Shown: positions 19,781-29,761 of the stretch, piece after piece | Layout: each line of letters starts with the position of its first letter | Numbering within the stretch: position 1 is the stretch's first letter | From: Spirochaetota bacterium | GTDB lineage: Bacteria > Spirochaetota > UBA4802 > UBA5550 | DNA: 64,000 bases | Assembly (NCBI GenBank): GCA_024276015.1 | Contig: JAJRXZ010000026.1 | Coordinates: 78,257-142,256, forward strand | Direction: 5' to 3' | Made by a program: the position numbers and the translations under genes | The notes under the pieces: model-generated | Databases searched by the model: none | What the model saw: the letters and a program-made list of their open reading frames with translations, nothing else | What the model was told of the DNA's origin: nothing

Positions 19781-20281
19781 TTATCTTCTTCCAGCGCCTG
19801 CTTTCACAGCAGGCCATCTTGTAGCTTTGCCGTTGGGATATATAATAAAAATATTCTTCTTTGACTTTCTGGCATATCTAACGGCCCGCCATAAATCAGA
19901 TTCGGATCTCTCAGACGTATCATTAGGCAAAACAATAAGAGCATCGCACTGTTCTGTTATATCAATGGGAATCTCACTGAACGGTCTTGTGTCGCGGATT
20001 TTTGTTTTTATATCGGATGGGAGCTTATATTTCTCATTATTAAGAAGATTTATTCTGATATGATCGGCTCCGGGCGGATGTATTTCAATTTTATCGGCTA
20101 TTTCGTATTTTATGATCATTGAGAAGGATAATTCATCCCCACCTTTACAATCACCCGAATGATACTCAATATAATCATATTTCTGCCTGAACTTTCTCAG
20201 CAGACCCGTATATGTTTCACTCTGTTTTTCATTGAATCCCTTTAATGTCCCGATAAATCCTATTTTCATCAGTTTCACCAT
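19781..20281 (-). CDS. SLOG-superfamily-like (DprA/LOG/YpsA-type) Rossmann-fold protein, function unknown
   Basis: 166 aa. An N-terminal KIGFIGT glycine-rich strand and a HSGDCKGGDE motif resembling the SGxxxGxD signature of SLOG domains. The assignment is tentative. Confidence 0.3.
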   Translation of the reverse strand: MVKLMKIGFIGTLKGFNEKQSETYTGLLRKFRQKYDYIEYHSGDCKGGDELSFSMIIKYEIADKIEIHPPGADHIRINLLNNEKYKLPSDIKTKIRDTRPFSEIPIDITEQCDALIVLPNDTSERSESDLWRAVRYARKSKKNIFIIYPNGKATRWPAVKAGAGRR

Positions 20282-20430
20282 CCTGTAATGTCATATTCTA
20301 TCTATTTATTCTTTGTTATTCTTTGCAATATCATATATAACCCTGTTATTCTTAATAAGCGGGTTTGGGGGTTTGATTTAAGTATATACCATTAATCAAA
20401 ATAACCATGCAAACTTTTTTTATAATAAAA

Positions 20431-21684
20431 TTACCGAACCGCTCTTTTATTTATTGCTTCGATGCGCTCTAATACAGGCGGGTGAGAATAATTCAGAAAA
20501 ACATAGAAGGGGTGAGGCAGCAGATTGGACAGATTATCAACAGAAAGTTTTTTCAAAGCCTTTGCCATCTCCTCCGGTTTGCCCGTTGTGTCAACTGCAA
20601 ATCTGTCGGCCTCGAATTCATTCCTCCTTGAAAATACCTGCATAATAATCTCCATGAAAAAACCGACAGGCGAATAGAGCATGCCAAAAAAGACCAGGCC
20701 CGCATATACTGAAATATGTTCCATATAAAATGCTTTAAAAAGTTCGGGATTTGAAATAAAAAAGGAAAGAATAAAAAACATTACTCCCATTTGAAGTATT
20801 CCTGCAAACATTCCCTTAAGGATATGTTTCTTTTTATAGTGCCCCGTCTCATGAGCAATAACTGCAAGGAGTTCCGGTACAGTATGATTTTCTATCAGCG
20901 TATCAAAGAGTACAATTCTTCTGTTTTTGCCGAACCCGGTAAAAAATGCATTGGAACGGTTTGAACGCTTTGAACCGTCCATTTTATATATGTTGCCAAG
21001 TGAAAAGTTTATTGATTCAGCATAGCTCAATATTGCTTCCTTGAGTTCGCTATTTTCAAGAGGTTCAAATTTATTAAACAGGGGCATTATCCACACAGGT
21101 ACAATATACTGTACTGCAAGCATAAAAACCGCAGATACAACCCAGCAATAAAACCATGCATTATTTCCTGCATATTCAAAAAAGAGCAATATTCCTGAAA
21201 TTAGAGGCACACCGAGGAGAACTCCCACAAAAATTCCTTTTATAATGTCCATTATAAATGTTTTAAAATCGGTTTTATTGAATCCGAAACGTTCCTCAAT
21301 CACAAATGTTGAATATATACCGAAGGGAAGCGATAGTATTCCTTTTAATAATATTAATATTCCAATATACATCAGACCTGTTAAAAGCTGTCCCATTTCA
21401 AATGACCTTACAAATCTATCAAGCAGGGGAAAACCTCTCCCAAACCAGAAAGCAATTATTAATGCCAGATTGAAAGTTGAAGCAATCCAGCCGAATCTTG
21501 CGGAGACCCGAAGGTAATCCTGCGATTTTTTATATCTCTCCCTGTCATAGTAACCGATAAATTGGTCCGGCAATTCGTCGGAAAGCATTTTAAGATTAAG
21601 GTAATCGGCAATTATATGAAGCACATACTCCGCAACAATAGCGGTGAGAATAATAGCGGCAATATAGTTCATTTCAAATCCCAT
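20431..21684 (-). CDS. M48-family zinc metalloprotease, Ste24/CAAX-prenyl-protease-like, polytopic membrane protein
   Basis: 417 aa. Multiple TM helices, an HETGHYKKKH (HExxH) motif and a downstream EFEADRFAV glutamate motif. The topology is typical of Ste24/HtpX. Confidence 0.75.
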   Translation of the reverse strand: MGFEMNYIAAIILTAIVAEYVLHIIADYLNLKMLSDELPDQFIGYYDRERYKKSQDYLRVSARFGWIASTFNLALIIAFWFGRGFPLLDRFVRSFEMGQLLTGLMYIGILILLKGILSLPFGIYSTFVIEERFGFNKTDFKTFIMDIIKGIFVGVLLGVPLISGILLFFEYAGNNAWFYCWVVSAVFMLAVQYIVPVWIMPLFNKFEPLENSELKEAILSYAESINFSLGNIYKMDGSKRSNRSNAFFTGFGKNRRIVLFDTLIENHTVPELLAVIAHETGHYKKKHILKGMFAGILQMGVMFFILSFFISNPELFKAFYMEHISVYAGLVFFGMLYSPVGFFMEIIMQVFSRRNEFEADRFAVDTTGKPEEMAKALKKLSVDNLSNLLPHPFYVFLNYSHPPVLERIEAINKRAVR

Positions 21685-21876
21685 TATCAGTTATGATGAT
21701 AATTAAAAATCAGTTTTTTTCTAAATAAATAAGTACTATTTTCTATACATACTCATGTCAACAGAAAGACAATATAATTATATAATTTTATTGACTTTTC
21801 ATTTAAACAGAATTCTAATATAAAACCGTACAGTCAGATTATTTCAAGTTATATTTTTTTGATCAGGAGAAGAGCT

Positions 21877-22338
21877 ATGCAGATATACCTTGTTCAGCAC
21901 GGCAAAGCCCGCGGTAAAGATGTTGATCCTGCAAGGCATCTTACCGAAGAGGGTGCATCAGATGTAAAACGGATCGCCCGGGTAGCAAAGGATTATAATA
22001 TTTCGGTTTCAAAGATCATTCACAGCGAAAAAGCAAGAGCAAGAGAAACAGCAGAAATATTTGCTTCTTTTCTATCACCGGCAGGGGGCGCATCAGAATC
22101 AACGGGGCTTAACCCCAACGACAGCGTCAAAAATTTTATCAGTAATACAGAACTCAGCGACAGACTTATGATAGTGGGGCATCTTCCTTTTATGACAAAA
22201 TTAACTTCTTATCTGTTAACCGGATCCGAGGAGCTGCAAATCTTTAATTTTCAGAAGGGCGGAATTCTATGCCTTAATAAGGAAGATGCCGGCAGCAGCT
22301 GGATAATAAAATGGTCATTGATGCCTCAAATAGATTAG
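21877..22338 (+). CDS. sixA: Phosphohistidine phosphatase SixA
   Basis: The ATG at 21877 is preceded by caggaga. MQIYLVQHGKA...EGAS (RHG phosphatase motif) and a C-terminal GHLPFM, about 153 aa. Ends in TAG. Confidence 0.6.
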   Translation: MQIYLVQHGKARGKDVDPARHLTEEGASDVKRIARVAKDYNISVSKIIHSEKARARETAEIFASFLSPAGGASESTGLNPNDSVKNFISNTELSDRLMIVGHLPFMTKLTSYLLTGSEELQIFNFQKGGILCLNKEDAGSSWIIKWSLMPQID

Positions 22339-22427
22339 TCCGAAGAGCACCTGATCTTCGATCAATATACAATATAAATGAAGATCCGCTTTAATTAAAG
22401 CCGTCTGATGATGCTGATTTTGCTTCT

Positions 22428-22712
22428 TCACATGAGAAAATCCCGGTGAATATTTATTACAAGGGCGTCAATCTTTTCATCAACGGATTTTTCAATTGAA
22501 TCAAGGATCTTTGTAACAACATTTTTATCAGCGGAAAGAGCGACAAAAGACCACTGTGCCCTCTGGTGTATATCCTGAAAATCGTTTTCACAGACAGCCA
22601 CATTAAACTGTTTGCCGAAATAAGACCTTAATCCGGAAAGCCTTCTTCTCTTCTCTTTGAGCGATCGGCATCCTTCCAAATGAAAATCGATAATAAGAAT
22701 CCCTGCATGCAT
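22428..22712 (-). CDS. DUF503 (YlxP-like) family protein
   Basis: 94 aa. The SLKEKRRRLSGL...FNVAVCENDFQDIHQRA pattern matches DUF503/YlxP. Confidence 0.5.
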   Translation of the reverse strand: MHAGILIIDFHLEGCRSLKEKRRRLSGLRSYFGKQFNVAVCENDFQDIHQRAQWSFVALSADKNVVTKILDSIEKSVDEKIDALVINIHRDFLM

Positions 22713-22721
22713 AATTTCTCT

Positions 22722-23339
22722 TCATTTATATAAACAACAATGATCATGAGATGCTATTCTTTCACAAAGTTCAACTACAAGCGCAAAAATAACGTCAATC
22801 GGAAGATGACGGTCAATTGTTCTGTCAAAGAGTATTTTTACCTCGGGTTCAAACTCGCTGTCTCCCAGCCAGAAGAGCACTGCAGCAGGAATTCTCGGAG
22901 TTATTCTGAAAATATATGACGCATCAGCCATATCACCTTTTTCACCTCCCAATGTTTCACAGGCCTTCCGGAATCCATTGAGATCGTTTCCAAATTTTTC
23001 AACGATCAGGTGACCCGGTATTGAATGAGGCCCCGTAAAGAACCTGACCCCTCCCGGGATATCCTTTTCCGAGATCCATTCATTTTTAACCAATATATCC
23101 GCTGCTCTGAGAAGATAGAACAGAATTACAAGAGCCGAATTTTTATTGACCTGAGGCAATGATCCATCAACAGGTTTTATCTCGTCTGATTCATGATAAA
23201 CCGCATATAAATTTCCCCATGCTTCAAGAATATAAGATCTATTATCTCTGTCGTATCTGCACAGGGCGCGTCTGCAGACATCACCCGGGTCCATTTCATT
23301 TAATTCTCTAAAAAATTCATGGTCAAGCTCACACTTCAT
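22722..23339 (-). CDS. Conserved hypothetical protein (possibly DUF3786-like)
   Basis: 205 aa, several Cys/His residues, no TM. Family assignment is uncertain. Confidence 0.3.
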   Translation of the reverse strand: MKCELDHEFFRELNEMDPGDVCRRALCRYDRDNRSYILEAWGNLYAVYHESDEIKPVDGSLPQVNKNSALVILFYLLRAADILVKNEWISEKDIPGGVRFFTGPHSIPGHLIVEKFGNDLNGFRKACETLGGEKGDMADASYIFRITPRIPAAVLFWLGDSEFEPEVKILFDRTIDRHLPIDVIFALVVELCERIASHDHCCLYK

Positions 23340-23384
23340 AGTTTACTATATCCTCCGCCTATTTTTATCTATGTCAGTATAATA

Positions 23385-23975
23385 TCAGGGCCGGCAAATA
23401 TACCACGCATTATTTGGCGTTACATTAATTATATTAACATCTTTGAAAACGTCTTTCATAAGAGACTGCCCGTTTTTTATAAAACTGAAATAGCTGCCTC
23501 CTTCCAATGTTTCAATTAAATCAATAAAAAAACGTCTCTTTCTATTAAAATCATGATAGAGAACATATTTCCGCGCAAGTCGTGATGATTCCAGAAAAAG
23601 TTTTTCTCTGTAATGGGCAGAGAGTCCGTGCGCAACAAAAGCAGAAACAACATAATCGAAGGATTTATCCCTGAAAGGCAGACCAGCTACAGCATCCGCT
23701 GTGATACTTCTGATCTTCTTCTTGTTAGCTTCTTTTATCATTGAGAATGCAAAATCGACACCAGTCACGTCATAACCCTGCTTTTTAAAAGAAAAAGCAA
23801 ATGCGCCCGTTCCGCAGCCGATGTCAAGGATCGTATCCCCTTCATTAATTTGTAATTCGCTGATATTGTTCAAAATAATCTCGCTATAAAACTTAACTTG
23901 GCTTTTAAAAAACCACTTATAAGCAAATGCTATTCTGTTAAATAAATTTGCGTGCTTTACAAGATCCATTTTCAC
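23385..23975 (-). CDS. Class I SAM-dependent methyltransferase
   Basis: 196 aa. Motif I ILDIGCGTGAFAFSF and post-I acidic residue (DVTGVDF), typical of the UbiE/COQ5-like MTase fold. Confidence 0.7.
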   Translation of the reverse strand: MKMDLVKHANLFNRIAFAYKWFFKSQVKFYSEIILNNISELQINEGDTILDIGCGTGAFAFSFKKQGYDVTGVDFAFSMIKEANKKKIRSITADAVAGLPFRDKSFDYVVSAFVAHGLSAHYREKLFLESSRLARKYVLYHDFNRKRRFFIDLIETLEGGSYFSFIKNGQSLMKDVFKDVNIINVTPNNAWYICRP

Positions 23976-24170
23976 CTGTAATTCTTTTTCGATTCTATTT
24001 TATATCAAATACTAATAAAGGTACCATAGAGTCAATATATTTTATTTAATCGGTTCTGTCTTAAAATTTCCGGAAATAAATAAAAAATATTTTTTTATTG
24101 CTTGACCACATAAATTCATTGGTAAAAATTTTTAAAGATATTTATACCCTATTTCAGGGCGACCATTTTA

Positions 24171-26423
24171 ATGAAAGACAAAGAGATTAACATTCTGTTA
24201 ATTGACGACAACAAGGCCTCTGTAAAACTTGTCCGCCGCGCTTTCAAAGGAAAAGGGAATAATCTTTCCTTAACAGTAGCAACTAATTATGACGATGCGA
24301 AGGTTCTGATAGAAAAGCTGCGGCCCGACCTTTTGATCTCGGGAATAGAGTTCTTTGACAACATGGGGAACGACCTGATCAATTATATTAATGCTCCGGT
24401 GTTTCCGGTTCTCATTCTATCCGCTGATTCGGACAGATCCGAAAAGGACTCTTTTCCTTATAATACAATCGAATATATCAAAAAAACAAAAGAAAATATA
24501 ACTCTGCTTCCTCACTTTGCGGAAAAAGCAATTCTCGGATGGAATTACTTAATGGAAAGAATAGAAATTGAAAAGGAGCTTAACCATCTAAAAGAAAAGC
24601 TCGATGCAAGGATTGAGGAGAACGCAGCAGATCTGCTTATGCTCAATGAAGAACTTCGCAAAAGTGAAAAGAGATTCAGACTCATTGCCGAGAATACAGC
24701 CGATATTATCTGGACTATGGATATGAGTTTAAGATATACATATTGCAGTCCCTCCGTAAAACAGTTGAGAGGCTTCACGCCTGAAGAGGTTATGGAGCAG
24801 ACAATGGAAGAAGTATTTACGCCGGACTCCCTGCGGCGCATTATTGAAGTGCTCTCAAATATTGTCAAAGGCATTGACGACAAACCGAAAGACATGCTCA
24901 TTGCGCAGGCCATGGAAGTTGACATGCTGTGTAAAGAAGGCAGGACTATTCCGGTTGAAATAACCATGACTTTAATAAGAGACGACAAAGGCGAACCTGT
25001 GGGGATCCATGGTCTTGCCAGAGATATTTCAGAACGAAAAAAAGCGGAGCAGGCTCTTCTTGAACAAAAGGAGATGTATCAGGCTCTCTTTGAAAACAAC
25101 CATTCCGTTATGCTCTTGATCAACCCGGCAACAGGCAGCATAATTGACGCCAATCCGGCGGCATGTACTTTTTACGGTTATCCTAAAAATCTACTGACCC
25201 GTATGAGACTAAAAGAGATTACGATTCAGGACGAGAGCGAACTGTCCAAATACCTTGACGATGCAATAAATACAAGAACCCACCACTTCCATTTTCAGCA
25301 CAGGATATCCGGAGGCTATATAAAAGATGTTGAGATATACAGCGGCCCCATTAAAGTTGGCGGCAAAGAACTTCTTTATTCAATAATTAATGATATCACC
25401 GAACGGAAAAAAACCGAAGAAGAGATAAAAAAGATCAAAGACTACAACGAACATCTTCTGAAAATATCACCCAGTGCCATATTTACGGTAGATTCTGAAA
25501 TGACCATTACAAGCTGGAATTTGAAATCATCGGAAATAACCGGTTATTCGGCGGAAGAAGTTATCGGTAAAAAATGTGCAGCTTTACCGTTATGTTCCCA
25601 CTGCGAACAATGTCTGCTCTTTTCCGAAGGCATTGTCAAACCTGTAATAGACAGAGAAAGCAGGCTCGCAACAAAAAACGGGGAAACAAGAACAATATTA
25701 AGAAGCTTGGATATTATCAAAGATATTGACGGAAATATTGTCGGCGGAATTGAAAGTTTTACCGATATAACCAGACTTAAAATAATCGAAGAGAAACTGA
25801 AAATCTCAATAACCGAAAAAGAGGCTTTGATAAAAGAGATTCACAACTGGATTAAAAACAATCTCTACATATTATCAAGCATTTTTAATGAAAAATCATC
25901 TCTAGTAATGGATGAAAATGCAAAAGGATTCTACCTCAGCACGATCAATAGAATTGAATTGATGGCGTTTATTCACGAATTATTATACCAGGCGGAAAAT
26001 ATGTCCGAGATCGACTTTTCAAAATATATTGAAGAATCGATAAAATATATGATCCAGATGTATAATGTAAAAAAGGATGATATCAAATTTGAAATAAACG
26101 TGAAAAACATATTTATAAATGTGGACATGGCAATGTCATGCGCTCTTATTATCAATGAAGCGGTTTCCAATTCTATTGAACATGCATTCCCTAACAGGCT
26201 TAAAGGTAAGATCAAAATCAAATTTTTCAGAGATAAGAACGATGAAAACAATTTTTATCATTTAATGATCAGCGATAATGGTATCGGAATAAATAAAAAA
26301 ATAGATGCAAGCAAGGCTCAAACACCGGGTTTCAGATTTATACATTCTCTTGTTCATCAATTGCGGGGTAAAATTGAAATAGAATCAAAAAAAGGTACAA
26401 CACTGAAGATCCTTTTCTCATAG
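24171..26423 (+). CDS. Hybrid two-component protein: N-terminal receiver, multiple PAS domains, HisKA_2-like H-box, C-terminal HATPase
   Basis: 750 aa. Receiver (ILLIDDNKASVKLVRRAF...LLISGIEF). At least three PAS-like blocks, each followed by DITERKK(A/T)EE. GHKL ATPase C-terminus (SDNGIGI). Ends in TAG. Confidence 0.7.
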   Translation: MKDKEINILLIDDNKASVKLVRRAFKGKGNNLSLTVATNYDDAKVLIEKLRPDLLISGIEFFDNMGNDLINYINAPVFPVLILSADSDRSEKDSFPYNTIEYIKKTKENITLLPHFAEKAILGWNYLMERIEIEKELNHLKEKLDARIEENAADLLMLNEELRKSEKRFRLIAENTADIIWTMDMSLRYTYCSPSVKQLRGFTPEEVMEQTMEEVFTPDSLRRIIEVLSNIVKGIDDKPKDMLIAQAMEVDMLCKEGRTIPVEITMTLIRDDKGEPVGIHGLARDISERKKAEQALLEQKEMYQALFENNHSVMLLINPATGSIIDANPAACTFYGYPKNLLTRMRLKEITIQDESELSKYLDDAINTRTHHFHFQHRISGGYIKDVEIYSGPIKVGGKELLYSIINDITERKKTEEEIKKIKDYNEHLLKISPSAIFTVDSEMTITSWNLKSSEITGYSAEEVIGKKCAALPLCSHCEQCLLFSEGIVKPVIDRESRLATKNGETRTILRSLDIIKDIDGNIVGGIESFTDITRLKIIEEKLKISITEKEALIKEIHNWIKNNLYILSSIFNEKSSLVMDENAKGFYLSTINRIELMAFIHELLYQAENMSEIDFSKYIEESIKYMIQMYNVKKDDIKFEINVKNIFINVDMAMSCALIINEAVSNSIEHAFPNRLKGKIKIKFFRDKNDENNFYHLMISDNGIGINKKIDASKAQTPGFRFIHSLVHQLRGKIEIESKKGTTLKILFS

Positions 26424-26746
26424 TTTATAGCGGACTGCAATTTAATAAAAAAAATCTTAAGGATAAAATCAAGTCGACACCTCATCAAAGCCTAACAAGA
26501 TGAATGCGATAAAACATGCAGTGCAAAATTATTCCCAGTTTATCAAACTGTAAAAATACCTCTTTCACGTCAAACGAATTTTAAAAAAAATAAAAAAAAA
26601 TATATAATTCAAACAATGTATGTTTTTTTTCTTGATTTTTATATCATGCAATCTAACTTGGGCTCAAATATAAAAAATTTCTTACACATCACTTTAGTGT
26701 GAAATATAATTTAAAATAAAATTTTAAATAAAAGAAGAGGGCAGCA

Positions 26747-27361
26747 ATGGACGTTCAACTGAAAGAGCTCATTGAAAAAATAAAAACTGAAGGAGTTGGT
26801 GAAGCTGATGAAAGAGCAAAAGAGATCATTAGCGGTGCTGAAAAAGAGGCATCTGAAATTATTTCCAATGCAAAAAAAGAAGCGGAAGAAATTATTTCCA
26901 ATGCCAGGAAAGAAGTAACTCAGTTTGAAAATGCCAGTAAAGAAGCCATCAAACAGGCCGGAAGAGACTTAATTTTAAATGTTAAATCTGCGCTTACCGA
27001 ATTGTTTGATTCGGTTATAAAGAGAGAAGCAAGAACCGCTTTTACTGACGATGTTTTAAAAGAGGTTATTCCTGCCATACTTAGCGGCTGGAATAAAGAG
27101 AAAACTTCGGATCTCGAAGTACTCCTTTCCAAAGAAGACTGCACCAAACTTGAAGATGCAATACTCAGTAAACTTGCAGATGAATTAAAAAGCGGCATTA
27201 CTATCAGGCCTCACGCAACTGTAAATTCGGGATTCAGAATTGCAGAAAAAGACGGGGATTCATACTACGATTTTACAGACGAAGGGATTGCTGACAATCT
27301 AATTCAGCATATGAATCCGATCTTAGCGGAAATAATAAAAGAATCAGCATCAGGGGAGTAA
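26747..27361 (+). CDS. atpE: V/A-type ATP synthase subunit E
   Basis: 204 aa coiled-coil-rich protein (EAEEIISNAKKEAEEII repeats). First gene of an A/V-ATPase operon. Confidence 0.65.
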   Translation: MDVQLKELIEKIKTEGVGEADERAKEIISGAEKEASEIISNAKKEAEEIISNARKEVTQFENASKEAIKQAGRDLILNVKSALTELFDSVIKREARTAFTDDVLKEVIPAILSGWNKEKTSDLEVLLSKEDCTKLEDAILSKLADELKSGITIRPHATVNSGFRIAEKDGDSYYDFTDEGIADNLIQHMNPILAEIIKESASGE

Positions 27362-27365
27362 TAAA

Positions 27366-27929
27366 GTGTCACACTATTACTTTACAATTGCCTCTCTTCC
27401 TCATTTGACTTATGACATGGAGAATCTTCCATCTATTGATAACTTTCTTGAAATATGTGAAGAGAATATTAGTAAAGACGATTTTAATTTAATCAGATCT
27501 GCTGTAATAAATGATCTTGAAAAAGACAGAGTTAAAAACAGTATTCTTTCTTCATGGTATAACTGGGAACGTAATCTAAGAAATAAACTGGTAGAATTAA
27601 GGGCAAAGAAGAAAAAAGAGGATCCTGAAAAGTATAAGAAGAGTAATCCTGAACTATTAATTGATGACAGAGCCGTCCGCGAAGCATTTGAACATGAATC
27701 GCCTCTAACTGCTGAAGATATACTGAACTGGGACAGATGGTCATATCTTGAAGAGCTGGAGCTTGGTCACTATTTCGATACGGGTAAGCTTCTTATTTAT
27801 TATTTAAAGCTGCAACTCCTCTGGAGAAAAGAATCCTTTAATAAAGAAAAGGGAACTAATAATTTTAACGAAATAATTGAAAAAATCTCAACAGAAGACT
27901 TTTCACATGATGAAGAGTCAATAGCGTAA
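27366..27929 (+). CDS. V-ATPase operon-associated protein (DUF2764-like; possible subunit C/F substitute)
   Basis: 187 aa, sits between E and A as in spirochaete/chlamydia-type V-ATPase operons. No direct motif support. Confidence 0.35.
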   Translation: MSHYYFTIASLPHLTYDMENLPSIDNFLEICEENISKDDFNLIRSAVINDLEKDRVKNSILSSWYNWERNLRNKLVELRAKKKKEDPEKYKKSNPELLIDDRAVREAFEHESPLTAEDILNWDRWSYLEELELGHYFDTGKLLIYYLKLQLLWRKESFNKEKGTNNFNEIIEKISTEDFSHDEESIA

Positions 27930-27950
27930 TAAAGACTGGAGAGTATTCAA

Positions 27951-29726
27951 ATGACAAACATTGGAAGTGTTATTGGTGTTAATGGAAACATGGTTAGCGT
28001 TCAATTTGAGGGAGATGTCTCATTGAACGAAGTAGCCTATGTAGTTGTTGGAGATAAAAAGTTAAAGTCCGAGGTTATCAGGATCAAAGGCAGCAGAGCG
28101 GAAATGCAGGTCTTTGAAATAACCAAAGGCATTGGAATAGGAGATAAAGTAGAATTTACTAATGATCTTCTTTCGGTTGAACTTGGCCCGGGTCTGTTAT
28201 CCCAGATATATGACGGTTTACAGAACCCACTGCCCCAACTTGCGGAGCAGTGCGGTTTCTTTCTTGACAGAGGCGTTTATTTGCAGCCTCTTAACAGGGA
28301 TAAAAAATGGAAATTTACACCCCATGTTAAACCGGGCGATTCCGTAGCCCGCGGCGACACACTGGGAACCACTCCTGAAGGTATATTCACGCACAGGATA
28401 ATGGTTCCATTTAACATGTATGATAACTATAAGGTAAAAAGTATTGTTTCCGAAGGTGAATATACTGTTGATCATCAGATAGCAGAAGTTGAAGATGACA
28501 AAGGCAACGTTTACCCTCTGACAATGACTTTCAACTGGCCTGTAAAAAAGGCCATTGATATTTTTATTGAAAGGTTAAAACCGGTTGAACCGCTTGTTAC
28601 TCAGAGCAGAATAATTGATACTCTATTTCCGGTAAATCTTGGCGGAACATTCTGTATCCCAGGACCATTTGGCGCCGGCAAAACGGTTTTGCAGCAGCTG
28701 ACAAGCCGCTATGCAGAGATTGACATTGTTATTATTGCAGCCTGCGGTGAACGCGCCGGTGAAGTTGTTGAAACACTGAAAGAATTCCCCGAATTGTTAG
28801 ACCCCAAAACCGGCAAGTCCCTTATGGAAAGAACAATTATCATCTGCAACACAAGTTCCATGCCTGTTGCTGCAAGGGAGGCGTCCGTTTATACTGCTGT
28901 TACACTTGCGGAATACTACAGACAGATGGGGCTCAATGCGCTGCTGCTTGCAGACTCTACATCAAGATGGGCTCAGGCAATGAGGGAGATGTCGGGACGA
29001 CTTGAAGAGATCCCAGGCGAAGAAGCATTCCCGGCATATCTTGAATCGGTTATTGCAAGCTTTTATGAAAGAGCAGGTATTGTAAAACTTAGAGACGGAA
29101 GTATCGGATCAGTAACAATCGGCGGCACAGTAAGTCCCGCAGGCGGTAACTTTGAAGAACCTGTAACTCAGGCAACGCTTAAAGTTGTAGGAGCTTTTCA
29201 CGGCCTTTCAAGAGAAAGATCCGATGCAAGGAGATATCCCGCTATTCATCCTCTTGAAAGCTGGAGTAAATATAAAGGACTTATAGATGTCAGAAAAACC
29301 GATTATTTAAGAAAAGTCCTTTTCAGAAGCGACGAGATCGGACAGATGATGAAGGTCGTCGGCGAAGAGGGCACAAGTCTTGAAGATTACATCGACTACC
29401 TTAAAGGCGAATTCTTCGATTCTGTTTATCTTCAGCAGAACGCTTTCGACCCTGTTGATGTAGCAGCATCTGCCGAAAGACAGCTTTATATACTCGATAA
29501 GCTCTTGATCATTATATTAACACACTACGATCTTACAGATAAAGAAACTTCAAGATCATTTTTCAACCAGATGCGTCAGAAATTTCTTGACTGGAACGGT
29601 TCGAAATTTCAATCGGACGAATTTAAGAAGATTGAAGCGGAACTTCAGGAAATGATCGATGCAAACAGAAGAGAGTCCAAAGAAGAAATAAAAGAAAAAT
29701 TCGATAAGTTATTTAGCGATAACTAA
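27951..29726 (+). CDS. atpA: V/A-type ATP synthase catalytic subunit A
   Basis: 591 aa. Walker A GPFGAGKTV. The non-homologous insertion region typical of A-subunits. Walker B LLLADSTSR. Confidence 0.9.
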   Translation: MTNIGSVIGVNGNMVSVQFEGDVSLNEVAYVVVGDKKLKSEVIRIKGSRAEMQVFEITKGIGIGDKVEFTNDLLSVELGPGLLSQIYDGLQNPLPQLAEQCGFFLDRGVYLQPLNRDKKWKFTPHVKPGDSVARGDTLGTTPEGIFTHRIMVPFNMYDNYKVKSIVSEGEYTVDHQIAEVEDDKGNVYPLTMTFNWPVKKAIDIFIERLKPVEPLVTQSRIIDTLFPVNLGGTFCIPGPFGAGKTVLQQLTSRYAEIDIVIIAACGERAGEVVETLKEFPELLDPKTGKSLMERTIIICNTSSMPVAAREASVYTAVTLAEYYRQMGLNALLLADSTSRWAQAMREMSGRLEEIPGEEAFPAYLESVIASFYERAGIVKLRDGSIGSVTIGGTVSPAGGNFEEPVTQATLKVVGAFHGLSRERSDARRYPAIHPLESWSKYKGLIDVRKTDYLRKVLFRSDEIGQMMKVVGEEGTSLEDYIDYLKGEFFDSVYLQQNAFDPVDVAASAERQLYILDKLLIIILTHYDLTDKETSRSFFNQMRQKFLDWNGSKFQSDEFKKIEAELQEMIDANRRESKEEIKEKFDKLFSDN

Positions 29727-29761
29727 TTATATAACAACTTGATTGAACTTAGAGGCAAACT

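Noticed and set aside
19467-19817. 116-aa minus-strand ORF in the SLOG-YegP gap
   Set aside because: No RBS, hydrophobic and low-complexity, and antisense to the small basic-repeat ORF that has a plausible RBS. Neither is certain. The plus-strand ORF is listed at low confidence instead.
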